Shown: in pieces, positions 36,301 through 41,818 of the stretch
Layout of the letters: the number at the start of each line of letters is the position of its first letter
How positions within the stretch are numbered: position 1 is the first letter of the stretch
DNA from: a virus
Virus record (IMG/VR): IMGVR_UViG_3300050821_008162
Coordinates: 5,430 to 69,429 of that record
Strand: one strand, 5' to 3'
DNA length: 64,000 nt
Translations under genes and position numbers: made by a program
The notes under the pieces: generated by a model
What the model saw: only the letters and a program-made list of their open reading frames with translations
The model's database searches: none
Told to the model about the DNA's origin: nothing

Positions 36301-38177
36301 CGAAACTCCTCGGGCGATAGCCCCTCGGGCGGGACTTCGGGGCCGCGTTTCGGCGCTTCCGGTCCAGGCTCCTGGGCGCCCGTACGGGCTTCGCCTGTCG
36401 CGGCGCCCGCGCCCGCTGTCTCAGCACCCCTGGGACCGCCAGTCTCACCAGGACGCGGCCCGCCGGGCGCCGCGGTGCCAAAATCGCTGTAGTCCTGCTC
36501 TTGCTGCTGGGACTGCTCCTGCCTCTGCTTCTCCGTGTCCGGATGCGCCGCCTTGATGGCCGCCTTCAGGTCCGCGTTCGACATCGCGGCGAGGTGCGCG
36601 TCGGTGTAGGTCGGGTCGATCGCGCGGAGCGTGCTCTTGTAGTTGTCGCGGGTGGGCTTGTAGTTCGGGTTGGTCCGCTTGTTCCCCACAAACCGCGGGT
36701 CGAACTCGTCAGCGTGCGGCGGTCCCGGCGGCGGCCGCGGTTCCCGCTCCTCTTCGCCCTGCCGTTCGTCGCCTGGCGGCGGAGGCGGCTCTCCTTCGCG
36801 CCGCCGGTTGCGCAGGTCGTCCTCGGTCTCCAGGCGGACCTCGGGGCGCCGCGGCCGCGTCCCAGCGCCGCCGAACGCGCCCATGGCTGCGCCGGTCAAA
36901 AGCGAGGCGATGACGCGGCGGACGTCGAAATTCTTGGCGTACCCGGCGGCGCCGGTGGAAAACGAGTAGCCGGCGTCCGGGCCGTACGTGGTGGCGAGTT
37001 GCTCGGCGAGAAACTCCTGCATTTCGCCGATGCCGGCGAAGGCCACGCCGGTCTGCGCCGCGTGCGCGAGCCGCTCGACCGCCCACCCGGCGAAGCCCGG
37101 CCACGCGGGCAGGAGCTTCTCGATCGGCTTGAACACGAGGTGCAGCGGGATCGCCCCGAGCGCCGCGCCGGCGCCACCCATCGCGACGGCTGCTTTCTGC
37201 GCCTGCTCGACCGTGGCGCCCTTTTGGATCGCGGCGTCGAAGGCGTCGCCCGCCGATTGCAGCCCCATCAGGCCCGCGCCAACCGCAGTGCCGACCGCCG
37301 GGCCGCCCACCGCAGTGCCCGCCACGATGGCGGGCGCCATACCTGCGAGACCACCCAGCCCCTCGGCGACGCGGCCGGTGATGCTCTGCTTCTGCGTCTC
37401 GGACATCGGGAAGGCAGCGTCGGCCTGCTTTTGCAGGTTCTCGCCAGCTTGGTAGATCGCGCCCTTGCGCGGGTCCTCGGCGCCACCGGAGAGCGCCCCG
37501 ATTCCTTGGGCGGCGAGTGCTGCCGGACCGACAATAGGAAGGGTGCGCACCAGCGGCGCCACGTCAGCCAACGCCTTGTTGGCGCTCTCGGCGCCCTTGA
37601 GCGTGGCGCCGGCCCCATGCGAGAGACCTGACCCGAGACCAGAGATGGCAGTCTCGGTGTAGCCAGGCCATTCCCGCTGTTCCGGCGTCGCCTGTTGGGT
37701 GGGTGGTGGCGTCGTGTAGGACGGCATGCCCCCGGCCTGGCCGGCGACCTCAAGCGCGGCATCATCCTGCGCCTGGGTTGGCTGGGCCTGCTGGGTCTGT
37801 CCCTCGGCTGGCGTCCCGTACTCGGAGAAATCCGCGCCGCCACCTTGCGGGGCCTGCGCTGCGGGGGTGCCGTACTCGCTGAAGTCCGCCTCACCCTCTT
37901 GCGGGGGTGAGGGGTGGGTGGGTTCGGTCTTTTGGGGGGAGGGTTGGACGGATTGCTGGGGGCCGGGCGCCCCGAAGTCCTGCGGCTCTACGGGCGGCGG
38001 GGTCTGCTGCTGCCGCTTGCGCGCAAGCGCGGTCGCACCGGTTTTTCTGATGAGACGATTGAGAACCGTCTCGGGATTGACAGGGCTGTCGAGGCCGGGA
38101 TCTCGGTCCCGGATCAGGTTTTCGACCACACGCTCGGGTGAGACCCCGATCGTGTCGTCGAAATCATCGTACGCCAT
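21378..38177 (-). CDS. Giant (5599 aa) DarB-like polyvalent internal virion protein: PPase-like, ART-like, N6-adenine MTase, SNF2 helicase, zincin peptidase, LPD38-like C-terminus
   Basis: YG....GNDGDNFDYFVG...HKGFIGF (PPase-like); LYRG...WFT...EFFL (ART-like); ELSSGTGNF and IGNPPFG; HVVGAGKT, DEAH, MGAGTNVQ, EQREGRGIRQGN; EFQSDWHQ domain; HETFH; KIPPWERELNF...IKIPMPY. Confidence 0.9.
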   Translation of the reverse strand: MAYDDFDDTIGVSPERVVENLIRDRDPGLDSPVNPETVLNRLIRKTGATALARKRQQQTPPPVEPQDFGAPGPQQSVQPSPQKTEPTHPSPPQEGEADFSEYGTPAAQAPQGGGADFSEYGTPAEGQTQQAQPTQAQDDAALEVAGQAGGMPSYTTPPPTQQATPEQREWPGYTETAISGLGSGLSHGAGATLKGAESANKALADVAPLVRTLPIVGPAALAAQGIGALSGGAEDPRKGAIYQAGENLQKQADAAFPMSETQKQSITGRVAEGLGGLAGMAPAIVAGTAVGGPAVGTAVGAGLMGLQSAGDAFDAAIQKGATVEQAQKAAVAMGGAGAALGAIPLHLVFKPIEKLLPAWPGFAGWAVERLAHAAQTGVAFAGIGEMQEFLAEQLATTYGPDAGYSFSTGAAGYAKNFDVRRVIASLLTGAAMGAFGGAGTRPRRPEVRLETEDDLRNRRREGEPPPPPGDERQGEEEREPRPPPGPPHADEFDPRFVGNKRTNPNYKPTRDNYKSTLRAIDPTYTDAHLAAMSNADLKAAIKAAHPDTEKQRQEQSQQQEQDYSDFGTAAPGGPRPGETGGPRGAETAGAGAATGEARTGAQEPGPEAPKRGPEVPPEGLSPEEFRAAAERGVVGPAEPGARPNFDRIARTPVEPRGTHETLIWHRDYGMNLGYSVDDIAHFAAHYYAIKNDPRYARQYEKWNRKRSGQKPKIPESAYAGARTQLQAEAKQFGPPKPATAETIRQRDEWVRHNGEPVDAVYEEAPEAGQERDQPAGDFEAANARLREAGYSDDVIKGWSPKQRAARLAEIEPEGDGSRNNPIELRTAEDLERATSIIDEDHTHRQGEAGNFQQAHATWNGIRLKLQTGAGGTRRWTVPETGEPGESTMASAYGEDKDALGNDGDNFDYFVGRHLDSPHVFVLDEKDRESGLFRQHKGFIGFRSPEEALAAYLGSTGKTKGEIGGLSAFSVDHFKEWKKNPANLKKPVEQAPAEGAQAAENKEEPAATPPPAAGPESEGGGTSAPAGHRTSQPPEGQKVSPENDTGQNVPETDATLRAQQEQLVKGERAVQMFPKGTRELPLPKGMQRVDTPRGVFHYDPKQVDAGQIRTLSDQGRENELLGLGPFSKDDVAKRMEAGEKPATVVERDQDGNEVRSAAGTEQTAPEQTAAMDAAKSPGNTVGVEPLEQVLADRQKQSRVEPEHYGAVEAEYQRAGVNLNDVPPAHIAEAAEIMRDEGHSAPDAIQIAAGRAAVRDGLPPDQVRKIYGPKADAILEPKQPSERGVRSPSSSAAAGGEAAPTEQQHPEGAARGGEGGETPRAQAGEGAQDHERHPAGEAGGAGGEGGRGTPDRERGASSGERPAGVSEAAKPGQGRPAKGPRAPRVIKGPVSLLPFIAARGGLAPTPDLRHMGLDESTRAIAPNQGPRPVLRKGGLSLHELTEQMREAGYVENQPEGMPDTLTEADILDMIAEEMRGNKQFPIGQEHGDRHAQERADDESRYMAERDAGHRLDDFLTENSFGTILDEDRNLAIQLMVDHGLSPDDALDRALVTNELNSGMVEPDAPHYDELEETFSEPQSHPAPGSREVPAQEGGERAGEGAAEVPQAGGHAPGAGETGGEKPANERLTEAEQAAIDALPKLNENHTRLYRGEYAGEPKPLPEWLKQAQDERGITNARGRWFTDKPEIAKWYVHEAGDHGHMVYIDVTTHFAERSRVAGSGVAKFSRDPDNEFFLSGNIKPKPIPNWPTKGEPTTEATPAGEQTVIPGAEKITEGEQAQRKADEKLKPTKAQKPADEGLFGDESKQTDLVDMAREKEREPKATKETPAARAERELTERGATRVGGVDYQIHEGRGGGIYYTRVEKGVRIEKGGVIPGGGGWSRAQAIREAMKDVEGDLAASQPQAHIPTEETAHERGEPGAPGEEALGPVAAEEGGRPEAGGPSERSPAGSGAAGAEGNRPPDEGQGVSGPRGGGGGAEAPHPARPRARGGSSGVGAKRTRGSRKGIPEEPADVAPEEAPSLPKVNFRITDEVELGKGGETVKFNDNLAAIRILKAIERDGRRATADEQRALARYVGWGGLANAFSDKPEWKARAEELASLLTKEEMHAARRSTRNAHYTSKAVIDAMWKAVDRLGFRGGLTMELSSGTGNFLGLVPDHLAGNTRFIGVEYDSLTQRIAQQLYPQDTILHSGLQYVPLSDGEAVLNIGNPPFGSEKLHFKYKPEYNEHSIHNQFFLAGLDVLQPGGIHAAVVSRYLLDAQDPTSRREMAARGKLLGAIRLPETAFRENARTDVVTDIVFMQRHTPAEERKVRELLDTLASRKSSPDEKKTAAAELPDWIDTSTIKDPAGEDVHINSYFAMNRHMVLGKFEFVRGMHKENELSVTLEKGADISKLLDEAIARLPKDVLDLNKEVLDRSIARHEKMAEALKIAVEGHEPGHIEVKDGKLSQVYERETPSGGFEMARRGLGPTTPWSKQLFQDAEGRWYALEPQLKQVALREVAAQMRARAEAEDKLQNVSNAHHLRLQAAEAEKQAAAAKPDEKYKTAQGRLIYKRTYFENNEVPQGQRLGVAKFKRLRELVDLRDLTKRQLVLESEDAPAKDMEANRAKLRAAYEGFTKRHGLLNDQGNSSLVSEMPDGALVQALELNYRRGVSEAKAKRLGEKPKPASATPAPILKTRVVPKFEPVQRVQTPAEALQVSLSDFGHIDMDRIAGLLGVPKERAIEMMTEGPKPLVYLDPEAQQHVPRDAYLTGHVVQKLKAAQAAGLEDNVRDLKAVQPERWTAEQVQAVIGANWVPPKVYEDFIQHLAGGKGTVKYHKLTNAFEVDVGVHGDSEKLRQWRTDDASFQWLLGRLLNSRAIKIYTEPDENGTRYLDQELTALAQLKANEISNEFSEWVFRDTERRNKLVDIFNTKFNTRVTRQWDGQHLSLPGKVPDAVIRLRRNQLNAAWRGIQSKFVLYDHVVGAGKTFTGVATIMERRRMGLSKKPMVVVPNHLVSQWTSDFYRLYPAAKVLAAGANQFDRTNRRKLFAKIATGDWDAVIVPHSSFFFINISPDTELRFLTEELRMAQEAIKEAQEAAAAEGYSGRRKPLGVKEAEALANRIQGRIDALKGRKKDNLLTFEQMGVDYLMVDEAHEFKNLFYSSNLTGVRGMGTKSGSKKAFDLYTKIRTLRENPNGAVAFATGTPISNSAVEMYTMLRYLAPDELRELGLENFDAWRSQYVTAEAKFEPTEAGGLKEVTRLGRSWSNMRSLMELYYSVTDAVTQGDLDKWYAEDNKGERFPVPKVKTGGRKEVVVKPTKEQERILQEIVAGFNDLPNEPDPDIRNAERLRLMDRARKVSLDARAASRFSPSKEEGGKLDVISDNVARIYKHWDKDAGTQLVFLDRSVPKSKGDDKLIAEYDALMKKREEAILANDEDALQTVQDALDRFNPQEIEELRAAQAGGWNAYDQLKRNLIARGIPADEIRFVQEAQNDAEKKALFDAVNDGTVRVLIGSTPRMGAGTNVQERIVGLHHADVTWKPSDIEQREGRGIRQGNSLLDKYGDDFELEILAYATERTIDAKMWDLNSQKLKMINGIRKYEGAFNMDFDDEDSVDMAEIAALASGDPLQLERVKTAAQIGKLELLERAYRRQHFGLDDRIHNAEEVIKDYPRRIKEVQQVSRELDAGVAAMKAKVDARRVTIDGQEYPPSISAEQAWRNSISEQQAGDENAKFTVNVNGKRLTSKSAIEDALKASLGDWERPFEATIDGKTVITRAEASKAIAEKANKIRGRLDSEMKKYDEEKIGSLIGYDLHLYVDQEAHTKGGETLSLILKKDGKDVAQGNHERDEKGDFSPAGARAALDHLVGDVNEKVKNDGSWMAWKVEEAKRDLPGLKEDKKKPFAQAEELKKKRDRLREIINELDARTKAAEGKSAPQGTTVAMPDWENEPPPRQALPPGLYSQVERVIAGEKTKVASPQQWIATLRNRPGIKVEEMDWLGLPQWIASHDKPITKQEMLDYVRANSIEIKEITKGGEGANSTLPTDIDEWSMGDTVDQGDGTTLTVMKHPSLPDDTYISILHDENGEVAGYEPVVDGHATSTWHSFDSAAHSLQGTLGQEEGGAGTKFGQYKLPGGENYREVLLTLPPRPRQADHEAANAEYKELMQRESDGTASNADLARADELNIPPDPAFRESHWSEPNVLAHVRFDDRVGPNGEKVLHVAEFQSDWHQKGRERGYRDEKVLADAREKIKGLYTELHAVNAQINARVLGRRPGPLLESLHEKRGELNAEISRLESLGDRAVPDAPFKTTWPELALKRVLRYAAEHGYDRLTWDTGETQAQRYGLEHYVNEVSLRPVDTVDGRHVYELEALDHDDRSVLKRDVADQAELAGIVGKEIAAKLITEATRINGRTKLRGDVDLTIGGEGQREFYDRIMPSLARKLVKPFGGEVGRSVIPRSDVGDPNNPTGWETTGTPAGTMAGPFGVHSIDITPQMRGHIMSRGFPVFDKPKSKLEPKGVKYVPVPKNRLHPAAVEKLRRIEAFLRQLIEHQIGRKASVEFPFRILIDKGAVYGHDKDFAQASGTFTTTLNIIRLALDQSNARWLLESTYHETFHAIQDLLLTDQEAALLKRYGPELRAYAIANNPRLADKIGPKTDQFEIEAMAYQTWSARRATGESGAGSGLHVGIRWIFEKIRKLLERLKNFLHGLGWQTWEDVYQSAYEGRMKGRQSRADQGFGSRLEEIHQRAQAEAAAKRPGMRAKDYARAMPEEPIVAAEPHDPGTTPPPTVPQRIRQYLEGDTATWLIEHVSNLSHRVRMLQNEVERRFQAGVIPQGSNSGERIGREPVNSLLPDVHQFYTAKRLFPGRVGYEVGEFNKDHLDPLKDYLKGNGITLDQAGEYLYALHAEERNAKMGEMYPADHQFRQAPDDDTIVGGSGMSKQEADEIIDRYENGPNGQAFRDLEPRIEAIRNHILNQMVRYGLESRATVDAWRRMYEHYAPLRGWEVPPPDAPEDYGVGGQFNVRGRETKQAFGRRSRADNPLVNLIDQAYRTIERGERLRFLRSLVAALRSLGADARDIVTFNQGREKKVVNPNTGLVEKVSDFADRYRDEAVHYKIGGESRYMVFKDKKLAMAIKRMNPYGLGHAAILLKALNKLKALWTHYSPEFMLRHFAFRYPIEGLLNAQELRESGDFSSSQYIKDALPIVGNAVRTILAVERGGFDPANPLHVEYREMKREGGTIAFRQSRDLELLREHLDKALADLSGRPDKQFRAWWHRGIEKLDRYTNAWDNALRLSVYSQAKRQGMTPQKAALRARDATIDYQLRGLLSNVLGLFMPFFNTAIRTGTRMGAALARSKIMRGLFLGLIGANIAVGLWNYLVGGNDKDGTPLFEKIPPWERELNFILMDPLDHDAKGRMQPIKIPMPYNWALPLNIGNSIIGMILGKEGIVAHAESMLKSVAMAFSPLGETGNLYDYFTPEALRTPAHIYENKNWRGRPLHEDFFFQKGPNAYSGFKPINGYERTGEGWKKLAEFVNDISGGNRHKSGLLDLHPEDYREAFDQFFGAQRRIAGEAYDTGHSWAQGQSANPARVPMARVFRGADYDQADRAAAAHKRFEAKHPWLQ
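32144..32446 (-). CDS. Nested +1-frame ORF C (100 aa), helical, possibly TnpV-like
   Basis: SD GAGGAG (32454-32459) 7 nt from ATG; natural protein composition (HWVQWLPKKVAALKQEGRLSEAL...EAEEVALKHHILLDPE). Confidence 0.7.
   Translation of the reverse strand: MSVANLEHLARKHWVQWLPKKVAALKQEGRLSEALRGAALLAQKEIDHLMRDKGYQAHEAEEVALKHHILLDPEPGAGHPAWERKELAEAEREYQKNPPT
33302..33460 (-). CDS. Nested +1-frame ORF B (52 aa)
   Basis: SD GGAGGAG (33468-33474) 7 nt from GTG; amphipathic HRDLAKYLRKKA...HLALARLAAK. Confidence 0.55.
   Translation of the reverse strand: MSLSPTQHRDLAKYLRKKAESAPAKERPKYHKRAGTHLALARLAAKSRPTSA
34025..34384 (-). CDS. Nested +1-frame ORF A (119 aa)
   Basis: AGGTGAGG-AAAATTT-ATG (SD plus AT-rich 7-nt spacer); HLNAAYALRHQA...HAAAKVAK then Pro/Lys-rich tail. 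Confidence 0.55.
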   Translation of the reverse strand: MAQKPTQYWNPSSHLNAAYALRHQAPQLVGRLPRPNNSTQKVLHAAAKVAKLHAPKPVKVPKITSDTPQAKPAVPGVKAAGVPPTGSGAPPAGSAPPAFPKPPSPGKGGLPKVPALPAL

Positions 38178-39655
38178 CAGGTCTGACCTTCGGGGATCGC
38201 TTGCTCCTCGGCCGACATCGCCATCTCGTCGTCGTTGGCGGTCTCAAGCGCCGAGGTCTGGTCCCCCTTAGTCTGCTGTCCGGGCGGTCCCTTGGTGCGC
38301 TGGTGCACGCCGTTCTTGTCCTGGAACCACGCTCCCATCGGCACCTGGGAATGGAACTGGTCAGGCGTCATGGTGCGCGCGTCGATGGGTTGGGCTTGGG
38401 TGGATCCGCGGAGCAATTCCTCCTTGACCTTCTGCGGATCGAGACCGAAAGCCTTATAGGTCTGCTCCCGGAAATTCGCCGTGTCCTGCTCGAGCTTTTT
38501 GTAGGCGGCAGCAGCTTGTTCCTCTGTCCATTGGCCGTGAGTGACCATCCCATCGATCGACTTGCGACGCGCGGTGTCGAATGCCTGGATGCGCGTCTCG
38601 GCCTTGTTGACCGCGTCCTTGCTGCCGCCCGTGCCGTTGGCGAGCGAAGCCGCGCGCGCGTTGAGGTACTTCGCCTGGGCCGCCCGATAGACCTCCATGT
38701 TGCCCTGCTGCTGGGCGAACATCATGTCGCGGAACGAGGTGGACAGTTGGTTGAAGTGCTGGCCCTGCGCCGCACGGTTGTCCTTGGTCTGCTCCTGATT
38801 GTTTTTCTCGGCCCCCTCCAGGCCCTGGCCCGCGCCGCGAGCGAACGAGGCGAATTTTCCCGGGCCCTGGATCTTCGACAAACCGGCGCCGAGACCGGCC
38901 GCGAACTGGCGCCCCTTGTCGATCGGCCGCGTCTCCGGGATGGCGTACGGTGTGTTCGGCTGCGCGGGAGGTGGGGGTGGCGGTGTCGGTCCTTGCGGGG
39001 CCAACGACATCGGCGGTCCCGGGACCTGGGTCCTGGTCGCGTTCATGTTCATGCCGGGAAGCGGAGGGCCGCCAGCGACCTGCCCCGGCTGCGCGTTCAT
39101 CGGCGGCGCCTTGACCGGCATGCCAGGAGGAGCGGGCGGAGGCATCGGCGGTCGCGGCGGCGGCAGCGGCACGTTCTGCGGGGCGGGTGCGGCCTGCGCG
39201 CTGTTGCTCATGTTCGCTCCGCCGGTCGGGATATTCTGCACGGTCGGCGCGACCGTCTGTCCCGCTGCGATCGTCGCCCCATCCGCATCGGGCACGCTCG
39301 GCTGCGTCGGCATTGACGGCGGGGCGTTCTGTCCCTGCATCTGCGGATTCGGCGGTCCGCCCGCCATCGCATTGGTGGCATACCCCTGCGCGCCGGCGCC
39401 GATCATGTCGGACAGATCGATGTCGGTGGGAGTCGGCTGGTTGGTGCCCTCCGCTGTGTAAGGACGCGGCCGCGGCATGGGAACGGGCGGCGCTTGTGGC
39501 GCGCTCTGCGGCCGCGGTTGCGGCATTGGCACGTGCTGTCCGACACCGGGGGCAGCACCCGCGTCCTGTCCCGGCACCCAGCCGACGCCGGAGGCGCCCT
39601 GGTTGCTGAAATCGTCGGGGAGGAACGCGCTGAGAAGGTTGTCCATGACGCCCAT
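38177..39655 (-). CDS. Pro/Gln-rich internal virion (ejection) protein
   Basis: Between the pilot protein and giant gene; FAAGLGAGLS...FARGAGQG; helical C-half. Confidence 0.65.
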   Translation of the reverse strand: MGVMDNLLSAFLPDDFSNQGASGVGWVPGQDAGAAPGVGQHVPMPQPRPQSAPQAPPVPMPRPRPYTAEGTNQPTPTDIDLSDMIGAGAQGYATNAMAGGPPNPQMQGQNAPPSMPTQPSVPDADGATIAAGQTVAPTVQNIPTGGANMSNSAQAAPAPQNVPLPPPRPPMPPPAPPGMPVKAPPMNAQPGQVAGGPPLPGMNMNATRTQVPGPPMSLAPQGPTPPPPPPAQPNTPYAIPETRPIDKGRQFAAGLGAGLSKIQGPGKFASFARGAGQGLEGAEKNNQEQTKDNRAAQGQHFNQLSTSFRDMMFAQQQGNMEVYRAAQAKYLNARAASLANGTGGSKDAVNKAETRIQAFDTARRKSIDGMVTHGQWTEEQAAAAYKKLEQDTANFREQTYKAFGLDPQKVKEELLRGSTQAQPIDARTMTPDQFHSQVPMGAWFQDKNGVHQRTKGPPGQQTKGDQTSALETANDDEMAMSAEEQAIPEGQT

Positions 39656-39664
39656 GTTCGCTCC

Positions 39665-41128
39665 TTACGCCGCGAGGCCCATCTGCTCGGCGAGCGGGGC
39701 GGTGGTGTCGCGCTTTTTGGGCGCGGGCTTCTTGGTCAGCTGGTGGTTCGGGATGACGGTGATCGGGTGCTTGGGCACGATCACCTCCGGACCGTTCTCG
39801 CCGACGATGGAGGGCCGCCCGACCGGCGGCGAGCCGCCTGCCGCAAAGCCCATCATCATCGTCGGATCGGTGAGCCCAAAGGAGTCGGACAGCGAAGCGG
39901 TCGGGTCCGTAACGCCAGCCGTTGCGCCAGCGCCTGGGGCGGACCCCATCGACGGAAGGCTGAGCGGGTGGTTGAAGCCGTTCATGAAGGCGCCGCCCGC
40001 GGTCGCGTTCGGGTCCTGCTGTTGCTGCTGTTGCGGCTGTTGCTGCTGGCCCGGCTGCGGCGCGGCAGGCATCATCGCGATCTGCGGCATCGCGTTCGCT
40101 TGCGGGGCGGCCACCGCAGGCATCGCGTTCGGCGTGTCGCTGGCGATCCGCGGGACAACAAGCTCCGGCCCGCGCTCGCCGACCACCGCCGGTTGACCAG
40201 CGCCGAGATCGCCGCCGTCGGCCAGAAACATCATCGCCCCCATGGCGGCAGCTGTCCCGGCCGCCTGCATCCCGGAATTGTCGGGCTTGTACTCGGTCGC
40301 GGTCGTCGATGCGGGCATCGCCTGCGACCCGGCGCCGATGGTCTGATTGAGAAGCTCGGTCGAGAGGTACGGCTGCTGCTGCTGACGCAGGAACTCCTGA
40401 TATTTCGCGTTGTCCTCCGCCTGCGACTGCGCCGTCTGCTGCTGGCCCATCTGATTGACGAGACTGGTCGCGCCCTCGCGTCCTGCCTGGAGATTCTCGA
40501 GGCCGGTCGCGCCCGCCGCCTCCCGCTGCAACGCGGTCTCGTTGAGGTTCGCGTTCGTCGTCTGGGCGTTGAGGTTGTTCGAGACGTCCTGGGCTCCCGC
40601 GCCGATCGCCGTGTTGAAGGCGTTGTTGTAGGCGTTGCCGATGAGACCAGTGCGGGCGATGTTCTGCTCGTTGGTGAGGTTCGAGCGATAGAGCGCGTCC
40701 TGGCTGTCGTTGCCAAAAGCCCCGGCCATCGTCGAGTTCGATGCGGCGCCGCGATTCTGCGTGTCGAACTGCTGGCGCTGCTGCTCGAGTTGCGGCGCGA
40801 GCGCCTGCATCACGTACTGATTCATGTACGGGTCCATCTTCGACGCGATGGTGCTCGCGTTGACGGAGCTCGGACCCGCGGTGGCGGCGTTGTTGATGTA
40901 GCCCGCAGCCGTATTCCACGCCGGGTCGGCGCCGATCGTGTCGGCCATGCCGAACGATTCGTGCTGCTGCCCGGAGATCGGCGCGACCATCTGCCCCGTG
41001 TACGCGGTCGGTCCCTGCTGTTGCAGGTTCTGCGCGAATTTCAGGTTCGAGGTCGCGGCGCCCGACACCGCCGGATTGGCGGTCGACTGGGTCGTCTTAC
41101 TTCCAGTTTCGGTTGGGCCGAAGCACAT
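39665..41128 (-). CDS. DNA pilot/ejection protein
   Basis: YTGQMVAP, MDPYMNQYVMQ, AGAFG, YQEFLRQQQQPY; two GG...VGExGPE.vVP motifs. Confidence 0.7.
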   Translation of the reverse strand: MCFGPTETGSKTTQSTANPAVSGAATSNLKFAQNLQQQGPTAYTGQMVAPISGQQHESFGMADTIGADPAWNTAAGYINNAATAGPSSVNASTIASKMDPYMNQYVMQALAPQLEQQRQQFDTQNRGAASNSTMAGAFGNDSQDALYRSNLTNEQNIARTGLIGNAYNNAFNTAIGAGAQDVSNNLNAQTTNANLNETALQREAAGATGLENLQAGREGATSLVNQMGQQQTAQSQAEDNAKYQEFLRQQQQPYLSTELLNQTIGAGSQAMPASTTATEYKPDNSGMQAAGTAAAMGAMMFLADGGDLGAGQPAVVGERGPELVVPRIASDTPNAMPAVAAPQANAMPQIAMMPAAPQPGQQQQPQQQQQQDPNATAGGAFMNGFNHPLSLPSMGSAPGAGATAGVTDPTASLSDSFGLTDPTMMMGFAAGGSPPVGRPSIVGENGPEVIVPKHPITVIPNHQLTKKPAPKKRDTTAPLAEQMGLAA

Positions 41129-41619
41129 CAGTGCAACTCCGGTTTTGCTGCCCCGAGCACGGTGGGGCGCGTGAAGCTCACGCCGCTGCTGCGGCGCTTC
41201 ATGTGTCCGTTGATGATGACCTCTCGGCCGGCGCGCTTACCGAGCGCGTCCGCCTCGGCGAGGAGCGAGGCGCCGACACCGAGATGGTGGAAGGCCGGAT
41301 AACAAAAGAACCAGCGGTCCGTGATGAACCCAGCTTTCGTGTTGTACCACCAGCGCGGCATGATGAGGCCGAGCGAGCCGATGATGTGCCCGCTCAGACG
41401 CGCGACGATGGCTGCCCCATTGTGCACCACGTCGAGGACACCGCGCATGCTGTCATGCGGGTCGATCGGTGCGTAGAGCACGGGCTGCGCGATAACGCAC
41501 AGGAAGCGGTGGATCTCGATCGCCTCCTCGTCGGAGGTGGCGAACGAGATTTCCGCCCGCTCAACCGGTACGGTTTGATCCGCCCTTTTGGAGGTCTGCG
41601 ATGAGGGTGCAGAGGACAT
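41128..41619 (-). CDS. GNAT-family acetyltransferase of the podoviral tail module
   Basis: IIGSLGL..PRWWY...FITDRWFFCYPAFHHLGVGASLL. Confidence 0.75.
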   Translation of the reverse strand: MSSAPSSQTSKRADQTVPVERAEISFATSDEEAIEIHRFLCVIAQPVLYAPIDPHDSMRGVLDVVHNGAAIVARLSGHIIGSLGLIMPRWWYNTKAGFITDRWFFCYPAFHHLGVGASLLAEADALGKRAGREVIINGHMKRRSSGVSFTRPTVLGAAKPELH

Positions 41620-41818
41620 TGTTGAAATCCGTTTGAGACGGCGACGCCGGGATGGTGCGCTGCGTGGTGTAAGTGTTGTTGAGGACGAAGTTCGAGGCGA
41701 TGTCGATCGTGTCGTTGTCGATCGATGCCTGCGAGACCATGGACAACTGGCGGAACAGCCAGTCGATCTGCTGCGCCGGCGTCCCGCTCGGGCGCCCCTG
41801 CATCATGTACTTGCGCAT
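41561..41818 (-). CDS. Small virion protein (MRKYMMQGRPSG...)
   Basis: TGATG coupling to the nozzle gene; VLCTLIADLQK. Confidence 0.6.
   Translation of the reverse strand: MRKYMMQGRPSGTPAQQIDWLFRQLSMVSQASIDNDTIDIASNFVLNNTYTTQRTIPASPSQTDFNNVLCTLIADLQKGGSNRTG

Noticed and set aside
36191-36481. Another alternative-frame ORF in a giant-gene linker
   Set aside because: TTG start without a convincing SD; Arg/Pro-rich non-globular sequence
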